A DNA stretch of 64,000 nucleotides from Zootoca vivipara (Eukaryota): assembly GCF_963506605.1 (NCBI RefSeq), contig NC_083282.1:5146001-5210000 (forward strand), written 5' to 3'. Positions within the stretch are counted from its first letter, which is position 1; each line of letters starts with the position of its first letter. The notes beneath the pieces were generated by a model. That model worked only from the letters and a program-made list of their open reading frames with translations, was not told where the DNA came from and searched no databases. The translations under genes and the position numbers were made by a program. Positions 1-12,187 of the stretch are shown piece by piece.

Positions 1-362
1 TGGGGGTGGAGACGCTTCTTCGGGTATACTGGACCTGCACGAAATGCCTGCTTTAAACCTCCCCCCCCCCATGTCATTCAGCTACATCTCCCACCCTCCC
101 TAGTTTATGGCTCAAGGGTTATGGAAATCCAACATCTGAAGGCTCCACTGGGTGATCTTGAGTCAGTCACTGTCTCCCAGCCAACCCACCTCAGAGGCTT
201 GTTGTGAGAATAAAATGAAAGTGGGAGAGCCATATATGCCACCTTGACTCTCTTAAAGCTGTGGAGTGTCATAATAGCCTTACCAGCAGAGATCTTTGGC
301 TAATACCTGAAGGGGATACCCGATGGCAGCCTTGCTTTACCTTTCATCTTCCACCTGTGTAG

Positions 363-776
<414 letters not shown>

Positions 777-2406
777 AGAAAGGGAGGGATGGACAGGAGC
801 TTGTGCATGTTCACACACACACACACACCCCTTCTGTTAAAGGTTTCACATTGCACTTTGGGCCACATAGCCTAAGACTGAGGACAAATCATGCTGGCTC
901 CCTCCCCTTTAAGCACTGATTTTCATCTTTTTCCTCCCTTTTCCTTTTTATAAAGGTGTTTGGATTGAAGAAGCTATCTTGGCCCATCACCGGGGTGATC
1001 TGGGGAGTCTTCAGCTGGGCACACATTTACATGCACACTGCTGATCACAAACAGGTGGCATGAGCCAACAGCCATGCCAACAGACATACTAGTCCAATGT
1101 GTATAGAACGACTTGCTTGAACAGACTTGCCAGCCCTTTTTGCAGTTAAGGAACAGGTATCTGTGACTCTTAAACAAGCCTTGGACTAGCACTAGCAAAC
1201 TATGTCCTGACAAACTTATGTACTTATAAACCAGCACTGTCACCATATGCCTACCCACAGGGACAGAGGACTTCTTCGAAAGGTGTTATATGGGCACTGG
1301 CTTAGATGGCTTTAAGAGGGGATTAGTGGGGCGGGACAAGGCCATCAGTGGCTTTCCCCCTCAGTTTCTCAAATTGGGTCTCCACTCTTGTTGCGCTACA
1401 ACTCCCATCATCACCGGCCAGCAGGGTCAGTGGTCAGAGAGAATAGTCCAACAACAGTGGGGAACCAGGTTTGAGAAACGCCGGCCTAAGAGATATTCTA
1501 GGTTTCAAGGTAGTGCAAGTCATTGTACCACATGCCGGGAGACAAATAATGAGAGAAGGCAGCAACCTTAACCCCTTGCCTGTGGGCTTCCTGGAAGCAC
1601 CTTGCTTCTCCACTGTTGGAAACGGATGTTGAATTGGGTGGACCTTCGCCCTGACAAGAGTCCCCTAACTCTGATGCCAGATTTCACAAATCCGCCACAA
1701 TATCTGCCCCAAAGGCTATAATTAGGGCTTTGTGTACTATTGTTGCCACAGAATTCCATATAACCAAGAATTTCAACGCTTCAATGGGTTTTAGGTTTCT
1801 TGCCCACAGTCTCACGAGTCTGGTTAAATCCTGCCTTGAGCAGGATTTCTAGGCAGTGAGGTTCAGCACCTCCGTCCCTTCCTCAGCTTTAGAAGTGGTG
1901 TCTCCATTTCCGTCTTCATCCCAAAGCTTCCTTTCCTTTCTGATCCTGGACAGAGTTTCTTCCCAGGTTCCACACAGCAGATCAGAGCCTCCCTCAAGCC
2001 CATATCTAACTCCCTGGAGTTACTGGCTGTCGCCTAAGAGCAAACCCCCCTGGATACGGTAGGACCTGCTTCTGTGTAAACGTAAATGGGATAGAGCTAT
2101 GAAACTCGTTTCTATGAGGGCTTCATACCCATCAGCACATCCAGGAATTTGGGAGAAATTTCAACTTGGGCCAACATTCCAGGTCATCTGTAGATGGAAT
2201 GCTAATGAATTCTCTGACAAGGCAATTGCTGGTGTATTTTTAGATACCCCCAGGCTTAGGCAGTGGTGTGACTAACTGCCTTTCTTTCATCAATACTTGT
2301 CCTGTGCCTTGTTTTTGTATATGCATTCCAAGGTTGTCCTTATATTGCACAGTTTATGCACACATGCAAAACAAAAAACAAAAAAAGCACCCAACCCAAC
2401 AAGCCT

Positions 2407-2454
2407 TTTATTTAAAAAATAAATTTATTTAAATGAAACTAACCTGATTATTTA
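2407..2454. terminator. polyadenylation signal cluster (AATAAA on + at 2418-2423; AATAAA on - at 2407-2412 and 2424-2429)
   Basis: ttttatttaaaaaataaatttattt followed by T/GT-rich sequence on +; plausible KIAA0040 3' end. Confidence 0.45.
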
Positions 2455-2687
2455 TTGTGTCTCAGCCTCTACTTCTCATTTACTGGGTGGGAGAGAAAAG
2501 AAAATTATTATTTTACTGGCCGCAGGGAAGCGGTTTGCACAGAGATGAAAAGGGAGCTGAAATGCTTCTCTTTTCTTTGCTGAAATCTGAGGACAATCAC
2601 AAAAGCTCTCGTCCACAGATTCAGGCCTGCACAAATTATAACCTACCAAGCATAACACCCAGTTGTTGTGTTGTGTGCTGGGTGCTT

Positions 2688-2691
2688 CACA

Positions 2692-2732
<41 letters not shown>
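2688..2732. repeat. compound (CA)n(GA)n microsatellite
   Basis: direct reading. Confidence 0.95.
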
Positions 2733-2733
<1 letters not shown>

Positions 2734-2984
2734 ATTTGTAGCTTTTATTTGGTAAGGCAAGTGGTACAGGCCTGCCTAGTTCTTGTTAGTCAGCTGTTGT
2801 ACCTACAAGTGGGACTGCCTGGCTAAGCAAGCAATGAAGCAGAAGCCTAAACAATTACTCAGGAGTAATTCCAACTGAATTCAATGAGACATTCTCTTGT
2901 GCATTTTATAGCCTTATTCATTACTAGTAACACCCCCACCCCCAATCTAGTTGCCCAAGTACTCTGGGTGGCTGTCAACATAAT

Positions 2985-3205
2985 ATAAAAGAACACACAG
3001 TACACCAGACATTAAAAGCTTCCCGACACAGGGTTGCCTTCAGCTGCCTATGGAAGGTTGTATAATTGTTTATCTGTTTGATGTCTGAAGGGAGGGTGTT
3101 CCACGGGGAGGGCGCCACTACCGAGAAGGCCCTTTGCTTGGTTCCCTGTAACTTCCCTTCTCGCAGTGAGGGAATTGCCAGAAGGCCCTTGCTGCTGAAC
3201 CTTAG
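2985..3205 (-). mobile_element. L2 LINE 3' remnant
   Basis: Reverse complement resembles the L2 end at 48440-48735. Confidence 0.7.
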
Positions 3206-3973
3206 TTAAGTGGGGGGTCAACTTAAATTGAGTGATGGAGTTAAGGACATAGCTGTTTAACTTTTTGAGACTGCTGTGGTGCCATTTCTGTCACAGTAAA
3301 TGAAAAAATACTACAGATGGCCTAGCTTCTTATTAAGAGTGGTTTTCCATACTTGCTTCCATTGTGTTACCTCACAAAAAAAAGCACAGATACAGAGATT
3401 TTGGATATGTAGCTACATAAATGTAAGCAGTGAGTCAATTAATTTAGTCAATAAGATAATTCTTTCCATTCTGGCAGCAATCATTCCAATGGTTTATTAC
3501 CAATATATTGGTGGGTGGAAGACTGCAACCACTAAATCTTCCGAATCATCCCTGTCATGCAACCAATTCCTGTGCTTTGGAAAAGCTTAGCAACTGGTCA
3601 ATTGCACTTATATACCGCTTTTGTACTAAGGCACCCAAGGCGGTTCACCGTTTTAAAGGACTAAAGCAGATGGTACAACTTGTAAAGTTGTCAGGCAAGG
3701 GAGGGGACAGTGTGACTGAAGCAAGCCTTGATGTCTGTGCCTGCCTTCCTCCTCCTCCTCCTCCTCCTCCTCCTCGCCCTTACGGCACAAATGCTCAGGT
3801 GTGGCCGTGCCTAGCACACTGGCATAGTCACAAATCATCACATCAGTGCAACATCACAACCACAATGTGCGATTCTTGATTTGCTGCAGCAACCCCTGCG
3901 CCCGGGTCAAATTGGTCTACTTGCTGTTACAGATCATCTTCTCTTAGCTTATCTTACAGGTATTACTCTAAAG

Positions 3974-4109
3974 CAGGCATCCCCCAACTGCGGCCCTCCA
4001 GATGTTTTGGCCTACAACTCCCATGATCCCTAGCTAAGAGGACCAGTGGTCAGGGATGATGGGAATTGTAGCCCAAAACATCTGGAGGGCCGAAGTTTGG
4101 GGGTGCCTG
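3974..4109. mobile_element. 136-bp hAT-type MITE
   Basis: TIR caggcatcccc...gggtgcctg; 8-bp TSD ctctaaag. Confidence 0.9.
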
Positions 4110-4999
4110 CTCTAAAGTGTAAAATGTTTTGTCAAAACAGAGCATGTGGGCGGACACCGGCCAACTGAGTTGGGTGCCTTTCAGATTCGAGAAACCATGT
4201 AAGTTCACCAGGTACACCGGCTTCAACTAGATGTGTGCTCCTTTTTATGTTCTGTGTAGATTGGATTTCATAAAGAACTCTAAGAATATGATTTTTAAAA
4301 ATCTTTATTTATAAGTAATAAGGATCTTCCCAGGATTACAGTCTGTGGCTAAATTATAAACTTTGCTAAACAACGTGAAATATTTCTGAAATATTTCAAG
4401 ATCCACAGTATCAAAATTGGCAATCGTATAGAAATGCATTTTTTCTAACAAGCATAAGTAATTAGACATAGTGGTCAAAAATAAAATTTGAGCAGAATGC
4501 AGAAGCAAACAAGACAGGTACTAACTTGATTACAGCAGAATTTAAAGCTTTCTTTAAACTAAGCTATTTATGTTTCTGTCTGTAAAGAGTTATTTAAAAA
4601 CAAAAAACCAACAAGTTAGATACTTGGGACCCTGTATAGTTTTAGTGAAATTTGTGTCTCCTGGACTTCTCAGTATTTGTTATTTAAAGTGTTTTTATAA
4701 CAGTTTTTGTAGTTATTCATTCTCCCAAAATCTGATAACCATTTTTAAACTGGAAGTTGAGAAACACTTGTCCAAGACTCTCCTCTGTACTCCAGGCTCA
4801 GTTGGGATTTAAAACCAGGCCACTAGATAGAAATCTAATTATTGACCCACATTTGCTTTCAGTGCGACTTGGAACCAATATAACCACTAAAGATTACAAA
4901 CCTTGGGAAAGCTGGAGGGGGTGAATGTGAGGGGAATGGCAGGAGGGTGTTCGTGAGCAGCACACACCCTAGTAAAGCATATACAGTATACAACATTAG

Positions 5000-5182
5000 A
5001 TACCAGTAGGTAGCCCTGTTGGTCTGACGTAGTCGAAACAAAATAAAATAATAAAAATCCTTCCAGCAGCACCTTAGAGACCAAGCTTGTCATTGAAGAA
5101 GTGTGCATGCACATGAAAGCTCATACCAATGACAAACTTAGTTGGTCTCTAAGGTGCTGCTGGAAGGAATTTTTTTATTTTG
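5000..5182. mobile_element. Penelope-like element terminal remnant forming an inverted repeat, with degenerate hammerhead motif
   Basis: aaaat-ccttccagcagcaccttagagacc ... ggtctctaaggtgctgctggaagg-aatttt inverted arms; loop ttgaaga-a-gtgtgcatgcacat-gaaagctcatacc. Confidence 0.65.
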
Positions 5183-6445
5183 ATACAACAGTATAAGCCC
5201 CTTTTTAGTCATACTTGAAATCAACATTAGGTGGTGCTATAACTAAAGTTTTACACATGGCTTGGCAAACTTCTGTCAGGGCTGAGTCACTTCAGGCTGC
5301 AGACAGGCTTAAAATGACTGCATGCTTCTCCACAGCACAATATCTGCACATAGAAAACTACATGTCCATGGCTGTCAACCTCCGGATTTGAAGATAAGGA
5401 AATCCTATTGTGCTGTCAACTCCCGGATATGAAAGTAAGGGCACTGAATAAGGGAATTTCCCTCCAAAAAATGGGAAAGTTGACAGCACTGTACATGTCT
5501 GAGAGGAGTGTTCCCCCTTCGCAAGGCGTTTGGGGCAGGAGGACATGGAGGAACACTTGTACAGGAGTATGAAATGGTACTGTTTCGTGACTTACTAGAG
5601 AAACAATTTCTCAAGTGAAAAGAGGGTGGGAGAAAAGGGGATGGAATAGAGCCAAAGAACAAGAACGGACAGGGGCGAAACAGAAACCCGCTGAAGCCTG
5701 CCTCATCTGCGTTGTGCAGCAGTTCTGGTTTCCAGTGAGATCTCACATGCTCTGTGAGATCTTGCAATATTTCAGTCAGATCATGTGAGATTTGGTTAGA
5801 TCTCGCCAGAAACCAGTGCTGCTGCTGGTGGCGCCACTTTTCTGGCGGCAGGGTGGGGGCCCCACCTCATGGTCTTTTGCCGCTTGAGGCACTTGCCTCC
5901 TCTTGCCTCATGGACGGGGTCGGCCCTGAAAAAGGGCAAATAGAAAGCTAGAAAGGTCGTGTTTTGTGTAAGAAAGGCATCTTTGAGATACAACCGCATC
6001 ATTCTCAGCAGCGCTTGAGAGTTTGATACGGTTGGATTTTGGTGACCTGACAATTGTCTTGTAGGAAACACCATGGATAGGAAAATATGTTGAATTAGCA
6101 CCTTGGGTTTTGCAAAGCTACATCTCAGAAATCATAGCACAGCAGACCCCCAATCAGGCCCTTGTTGAGCAGAATAAGCAAAGCCACCCGAGAGAGAGAG
6201 AGGAGAAAGAAAGAAAAGAGATGGTGTGGTGACTTCTTTGTTTTCTCCGGCAAGGAAGCTGGATGGCAAGAAGCCCCTTCCTTGTCAAGAACATGGAAAA
6301 ATTGGAGGGCTGAAATGGGCCCTCCTGATCCATGGTAGCTGTCAGAACCAGAGGCCACTACAAGCAGAGGGAGCGTCAATAGACATGGCCCTCCACAAGA
6401 AGAAGAATTCTAAACCAGCCCTTAGTCTCCGACCTTATTCTTTTC

Positions 6446-6581
6446 CAGGCATCCCCAAACTTCGGCCCTCCAGATGTTTTGGACTACAGTTCCCATCTTC
6501 CCCAACCACTGGTCCTGTTAGCTAGGGATCATGGGAGTTGTAGGCCAAAACATCTGGAGGGTCGCAGTTTGGGGATGCCTG
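6446..6581. mobile_element. 136-bp hAT-type MITE (same family)
   Basis: TIRs; TSD ttcttttc. Confidence 0.9.
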
Positions 6582-6783
6582 TTCTTTTCAAATTGCACTC
6601 GGAGTGCAGCGCAGGTTCTGTGCTGATCCCAACCAATTAAACCAGATAATTCTTCTGAGGAAGCCTGTAACCATTTGTATGTGATTATAAATGTACTAAA
6701 ATAAGCAACCCAAGGTTAAATGGTTACATGATACAGTAATGCATTGCCATGCTTCACTTGACAAGCACCACATTTCATCCATT

Positions 6784-6924
6784 TTAAACCCTGGGCTCCT
6801 TCACTGCTAGAGATCTTCTTTTTCTCCCCAAGATTGGCTCAAAGCTTCGAGAGCGTGGGCGGAGCTTCATCTCAGTGTAAGGGATGGAGAACAGGTGGCC
6901 TTTCCATGGCTCCCAGTTAATTCC
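6784..6924 (-). CDS. TNN: TNN terminal coding exon
   Basis: Read by hand (absent from the ORF track): [46 protein letters not shown]; acceptor ctctttccag|. Confidence 0.93.
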   Translation of the reverse strand, partial: GINWEPWKGHLFSIPYTEMKLRPRSRSFEPILGRKRRSLAVKEPRV

Positions 6925-9900
6925 CTGGAAAGAGAAAAATAGGTAATCAAGCATCACATAGGAAAAAGGGGCACTGCCCTGAGCTATACCAAGTCAGACC
7001 ACTGGCCTGACCCTGTCGACTGCCTGGCTGTGGTTCTCTGGGGCTTCAAACAAGAATCTTTTCCAGCTCTTAACTGGAAACACCTGGGATCTTTTGCATT
7101 CCAAAGAAACTTCTTGAATCTGTGGGCAAAAAATAAAACTCCTGCCCATGTTTATAGTAGAAATAATACCATTTCAACCACATTATTTTTCACTTACTGT
7201 TATGGCCTATAACAACCTCACGGATTAGATCCAGTCCTCAAACCTTTCAATAGGTGTTGATAAACTGCCATGTACCCCATCTACGTATGAAACTCTCTCC
7301 CGGTACAGATCAGAGTGCCCCCAAATTATATTAGGCATCAGCTTATTTTTGCAGGTCTTCAGAGCACAGGTGGAGAACCTCTGTTTGTCTAACTGTCTAA
7401 AACGTTTCCGGCTTCAACACTGGGGTCATATCCTATTGTTATCATGTATTACTGTGAATTGTGGTTTTAATTTCACTTTTATGTTGCATTTTATGAATGT
7501 TGTTAGCTATTCTTGTCTCTGTATGAGGAAGGGTGGAAAGAGGAGGAGGAAGAAAAGTGTGCAATACTTTTGAGCATAGTAATTCTGAGTGATCAAAGGA
7601 TTTCACACACACTGTCTTGTAACCTAGCAAGGTAGGTCAATATTATTAGCCTCTTATTCTTTGTGCAGGAAGAGCTTGCCAAAGGCTACCAGCTGGCTGT
7701 GAGATTCAACCTGGGGAGGAAGAGCCTTTCCTGAGTCATAGTTGTCTCTGAACCACTAAGGTACTGCACTGCTCTGTGGCACCTCTTTCTCCATAAATCT
7801 GCTGCAATGTGCTTTTCAGCAGAAATGCAGCAAAAGAACACAAGGACTCACCTTCCCATCTTTCAGGCTCATTGTTCCAGACCTCATCAGCCATTTCCTG
7901 ACATATTCTGGGGCAGGGGGAGTCTGATTAAGTTGTGAGATTTTCAGTTTTCAGATTTTCCTAACAACTGCATGAGAAAACCTACTACTGTACTGCAATC
8001 CTATATACACCCGTACCTGGGAATAGGTGTCAGTGGGGCTCACATTTCAGTAGACATGCGTAAAAATGTTTTCATGGATGAATCCAATGAAAAAAAACAA
8101 ATCAAACATTGCACCCCAAGGAATAACAACTCCTGATATAAATTCAGAGTTAAGAGAAGGCAGAATAGAAAGGGTTCCCATTCCATTTGTGAGACAGGTA
8201 AGGCGGTTCCAAACTTTTAATGACAACTGCAGGGAAGTGCCTCATGTTGCCAGAACTTTAGTAGGCACTTGAAAAAAAATCACACACCTGATTTATAAAA
8301 GGAGAACCATACAGCAGGTGTGAACCTGTGGCCTTCCAGGTGTTGCTGACTACAACTACCATCAGCGCCAGCCAGCATGGCCAGTGGCCAAGGATGATGG
8401 GAGTTGTGGTTCTGCAGCTTTTGAAGGGCTAAAGGTTTTCCACATATGCTGGGCAGAGTGCCTAGGACTCACCTCGCTGTGCTTGTCTTCACCATATTTC
8501 CCATTCAGATTGGCCAAGTGGCAGTTCTTGTACCACCAGCCACCATGATGTGTGATTGCGCAGTTGCTGAGAGCGATGTCGCTGTCCCTGTCCCAGGTGG
8601 TAAATTTCCAGCCATTGTGGTAAGTCATGGCATCCCCTGAATTGGGGGGAGAAAGGCAGCATTAGGACTACGGGGGTCCTGGCTTCATTAACACCCGAGT
8701 GCACCTTGGTACCTGAAATCAGAGCTGCGAAAGCCTGCCTAGAGGAATCAGAAACACAAGGGAACTTTTCTCAAGGGCCAACATGAAGATACACAACTAC
8801 TGCTAAAAGGAGAGGACACAAATGCCAACTATGCAAGATTCGTATCAGCATCGGCTTCTCCTACGAAAATGTGCAGCTTAGAGGGATATTGGAAATGTAG
8901 TCATCTCATAGTGGACTTTATTCACTGCTAGTAATCCTGCAAGTAAATTATTAAAAGTATTATAGGGAATTTTCTCCTGCAGGATTCTGTAATGGCACCT
9001 TTTGTTCTTCTGAGCTGGGCATACTTCTGAGTAGGCAGACCTCAGACTGCACAGTTAAAGGAGTAACTAATAATGAAGCAAATAAATAGCTAGCAATCAA
9101 TCTCTTCATAGCACCTACCACTGAAGCATCAAAAGGTATCCCTTCTGGCAGAGGAGTGGCTTTTGGGAAGCTGAAAAATCACTACACTGATGAAGTCAAC
9201 AAACGACTGGAGTATTGAGAAGGGGGGCAAATATGCTTTTCTGTCAATATGCTATAGCACCTACTAAAGGGAATAATGATTTTGGTTGGAAGGGTAATGC
9301 AAAAATAATACTGGCTCCTTAAGTGCCAGGGTCATACTCAATGTATGCATAAAATTTATGTTGCCTGTGCTAGTATTGTCTCTTTACACATACTCCCACT
9401 TACATATATAGTACAATATATTGCTTCATCTATAAAACCACAACTGCATATCTCTCTCTTTGTACATGGGTCATAAAATGATTTCATGGGGAAGAATTGC
9501 AAAGAAACTGTTAAACCAGCCTTCCCCAACCTGGTGCCCTCCAGCTTTTTTGGACTACAGCCCCATGTGCTGGCTGTGGCCAATGAGTGCTGTGGCCCAG
9601 AAGAGCAGGAGAGCACCAGGTCAGTACATAAACTATTTAGATTCTGGCCATTTTAACACCTGACAAGTTAGTTAGCTCCACCCAGTGAAGGGTGTCTGTC
9701 TCACTGCTTCTGTATCCAGTGTCAACACATGATACTGCAAGCCAAATAACGTTTCCCTTACCAGCGGTGCCTCTGTACTTCCCCACGGAGAGCCTGTATC
9801 GATCTCTGCTGGAGCCCACCTGGAAGAGGTCGTAGACAGCATAGGCAGACTCATTGTGGGTTCGTAAATCCACCCTCAGTTCATAGGGGACGGGGGCGCT

Positions 9901-12130
9901 ACTGGTGAGCTGGTGCAGCTTTTCAAGGCCTGAAAGAAACAATTCAGAGTAAGTTTGCAGACAACCACGGTTCCAATTGTCTGTGGCCAGTAAGAAATAT
10001 TTCCAGGCAACAAGGCCAGGAAGTTTTCCTGACAAAGCTAGGTCTATAAATTTCAGTATGTCTAAAGTAAACTTAGCTGTACGCCACCCATTGTTTTTGC
10101 ATACCGAGAGCTCTTCGCAGGCAGATACAGAATGCAGATACAGTACCAAGCCAAAATTCCCCTGCAGGGTCTCCAAAGCCTTCAACGTAATTCCTCCAGC
10201 GCCTTCACCTTTCCTGCTGCCTGGGGGGCTGCTTCCTGCACCCGCTCCGCCAGCCTGAGCCAAGCGCAAGCTGGCAGGCTAGGGCAGTCTGATAGCCAGC
10301 TTGACATGAGTGATGAGGCAAGGTAGCTTGGAGGCAGTGGGGACACAGGTAAAGGTGGCAATGGCAGCTCAGCCACAGCTCTTGCGGGGGACTCATCAGA
10401 AGTGTGTGCTCTCCTTTGGTAAGAGACAGGGCTGGCCGGGGGGGGGGAGAGAAAACTTTGAAGACCGCCCCCAGTTCCCTGCTTGGAGTCCTCCCTCCTC
10501 TCCAATCTCTGCTCTCCCTCCTTTTGCCCTTCCTTGCCATTGAGGGAGGGTGCCACCTCTACTCTACCCGCTCAGCTCCTGGCAACTGATTTGTATGCAA
10601 AGGGAGAGAAGGGAGCAGCTCAAAGAGCCCTCCAGCACGACAGGCTTCTGCCGCTTGGCACTGCCTTGGTGAACTGAGCGAGCAATGGCAGTGTACCCAC
10701 CCACCCACAAGCTCCCGGGGGAGAAGGACTTTTGGGGGTGTCGGCAGCAGCATCTGGAAATTGCAAGCAAAGAAAGAGAGAAAGAGAGAGAGAAAGAGAG
10801 GGGGGAAGCATTGAGAAAGAGACTCCCCCGTCCTTTTTGTACATAGTTCCTTTCCTTCCCACTCCCTCCCTTGTGCATCTTCTCCAGTGCAGCTAGTTGG
10901 CAATACTGGCAGTTGAGCCCCTACAAATCTTGCACCCGGGGCCACAGCCCCTCTCGACCTGCCCACCCTAAGCCACTGAGCTCACTTAGCCATAGCACAG
11001 GCCAGTGCAAAAGCAGCGACACTTTTTACAAAACATGTGGCAGCCTTCTTCCCTGGTCACATACAGAATGCAGATACAGTACCAAGCCAAAATTCCCCAG
11101 CAGGGTCTCCAAAGCCTTCAACGTAATTCCTCCAGCGCTTAAAGAAGTCCAGCTGCCCTGTGTTCCGTCTCTGAAACACCTGCAAAAGCAAACAAAAACC
11201 AAGAGATAGGTCTGGTCCCCTGAACACAGGACACCAATGATAGGATGATAGATGGAAACTGAAGATAAGAAGGCTCAAACAATAGGCACAATAAGAAATA
11301 CCTAACCTGATGAGACCAACGTAATTTGACCATGAATTATAGAATTCTCCCCATCTGAATATCTCTATTTTGTAACACCAATGCTTTAGTGATCCACTGT
11401 TCTTTCTTTCTTTCTTTCTTTACCTAAATATTGGCAAGACAAAGGAGATGGTTTTGGACTTTCGGAGGAAGAGAGGGGAGCTAGCCCCGTTGTATATTGG
11501 GGGGGCTGTGTGGAGAGAGTCACTTCCTTTAAATACTTGGGAGTCCATCCCTAGTGAAGACCTAACTTGGAAGGTCAATACAGCCCAGGTGGTTAGGAAG
11601 GCCCAAGAGAGACTTCATTTCCTTAGGGTCTTGCGAAAGACCAAGGTTGGACAGCAACTGATGATTTCCGTCTATTGGTCCACAATATAAAATGTTCTCT
11701 CATACTGCATTATGGTGTGGTGTGCTGGTTTGACAGCCATGGACAGAGACCCTACGGAGGGTGGTGAAGACAGCACACGATATCGTGGGCTGTCCCCTGA
11801 GTCCGCTAGATGTTATCGCGGGAGACTGTTGCCTCAGAAGAGTGAGGAACATTCTCAGGGATGACTCACACCCTGGCCAGCACCTTTTAAATCTCCTGCC
11901 CTCGGGCAGGAGATATAGAAGCATGATAAGCTGCACAAACAGATTAAAGAACAGTTTCTACCCATGGGCCGTGAGGTTGCTGAATGGAAGACAGCAACAT
12001 TGCAGCTGACGTTTGGGGCTGGTGGTCGTAGGAAAGCACACAGAGTGTAATAAGGACTGAGAGATTGTGGGGGGGAGGGGGGCTTGTTTAATCTCACTGT
12101 AAACAAGTGGTACAGTGACAATAAAGTATT

Positions 12131-12187
<57 letters not shown>

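Noticed and set aside
2095-2140. Hammerhead-like string on - strand (ctgatgg...tatga/tcata...gaaac)
   Set aside because: Core mismatch and no stem I pairing; likely chance
9637-10269. 210-aa ORF running through a TNN exon
   Set aside because: Only 9762-9929 is tenascin-like; the upstream part is intronic and reads the duplicated segment out of frame
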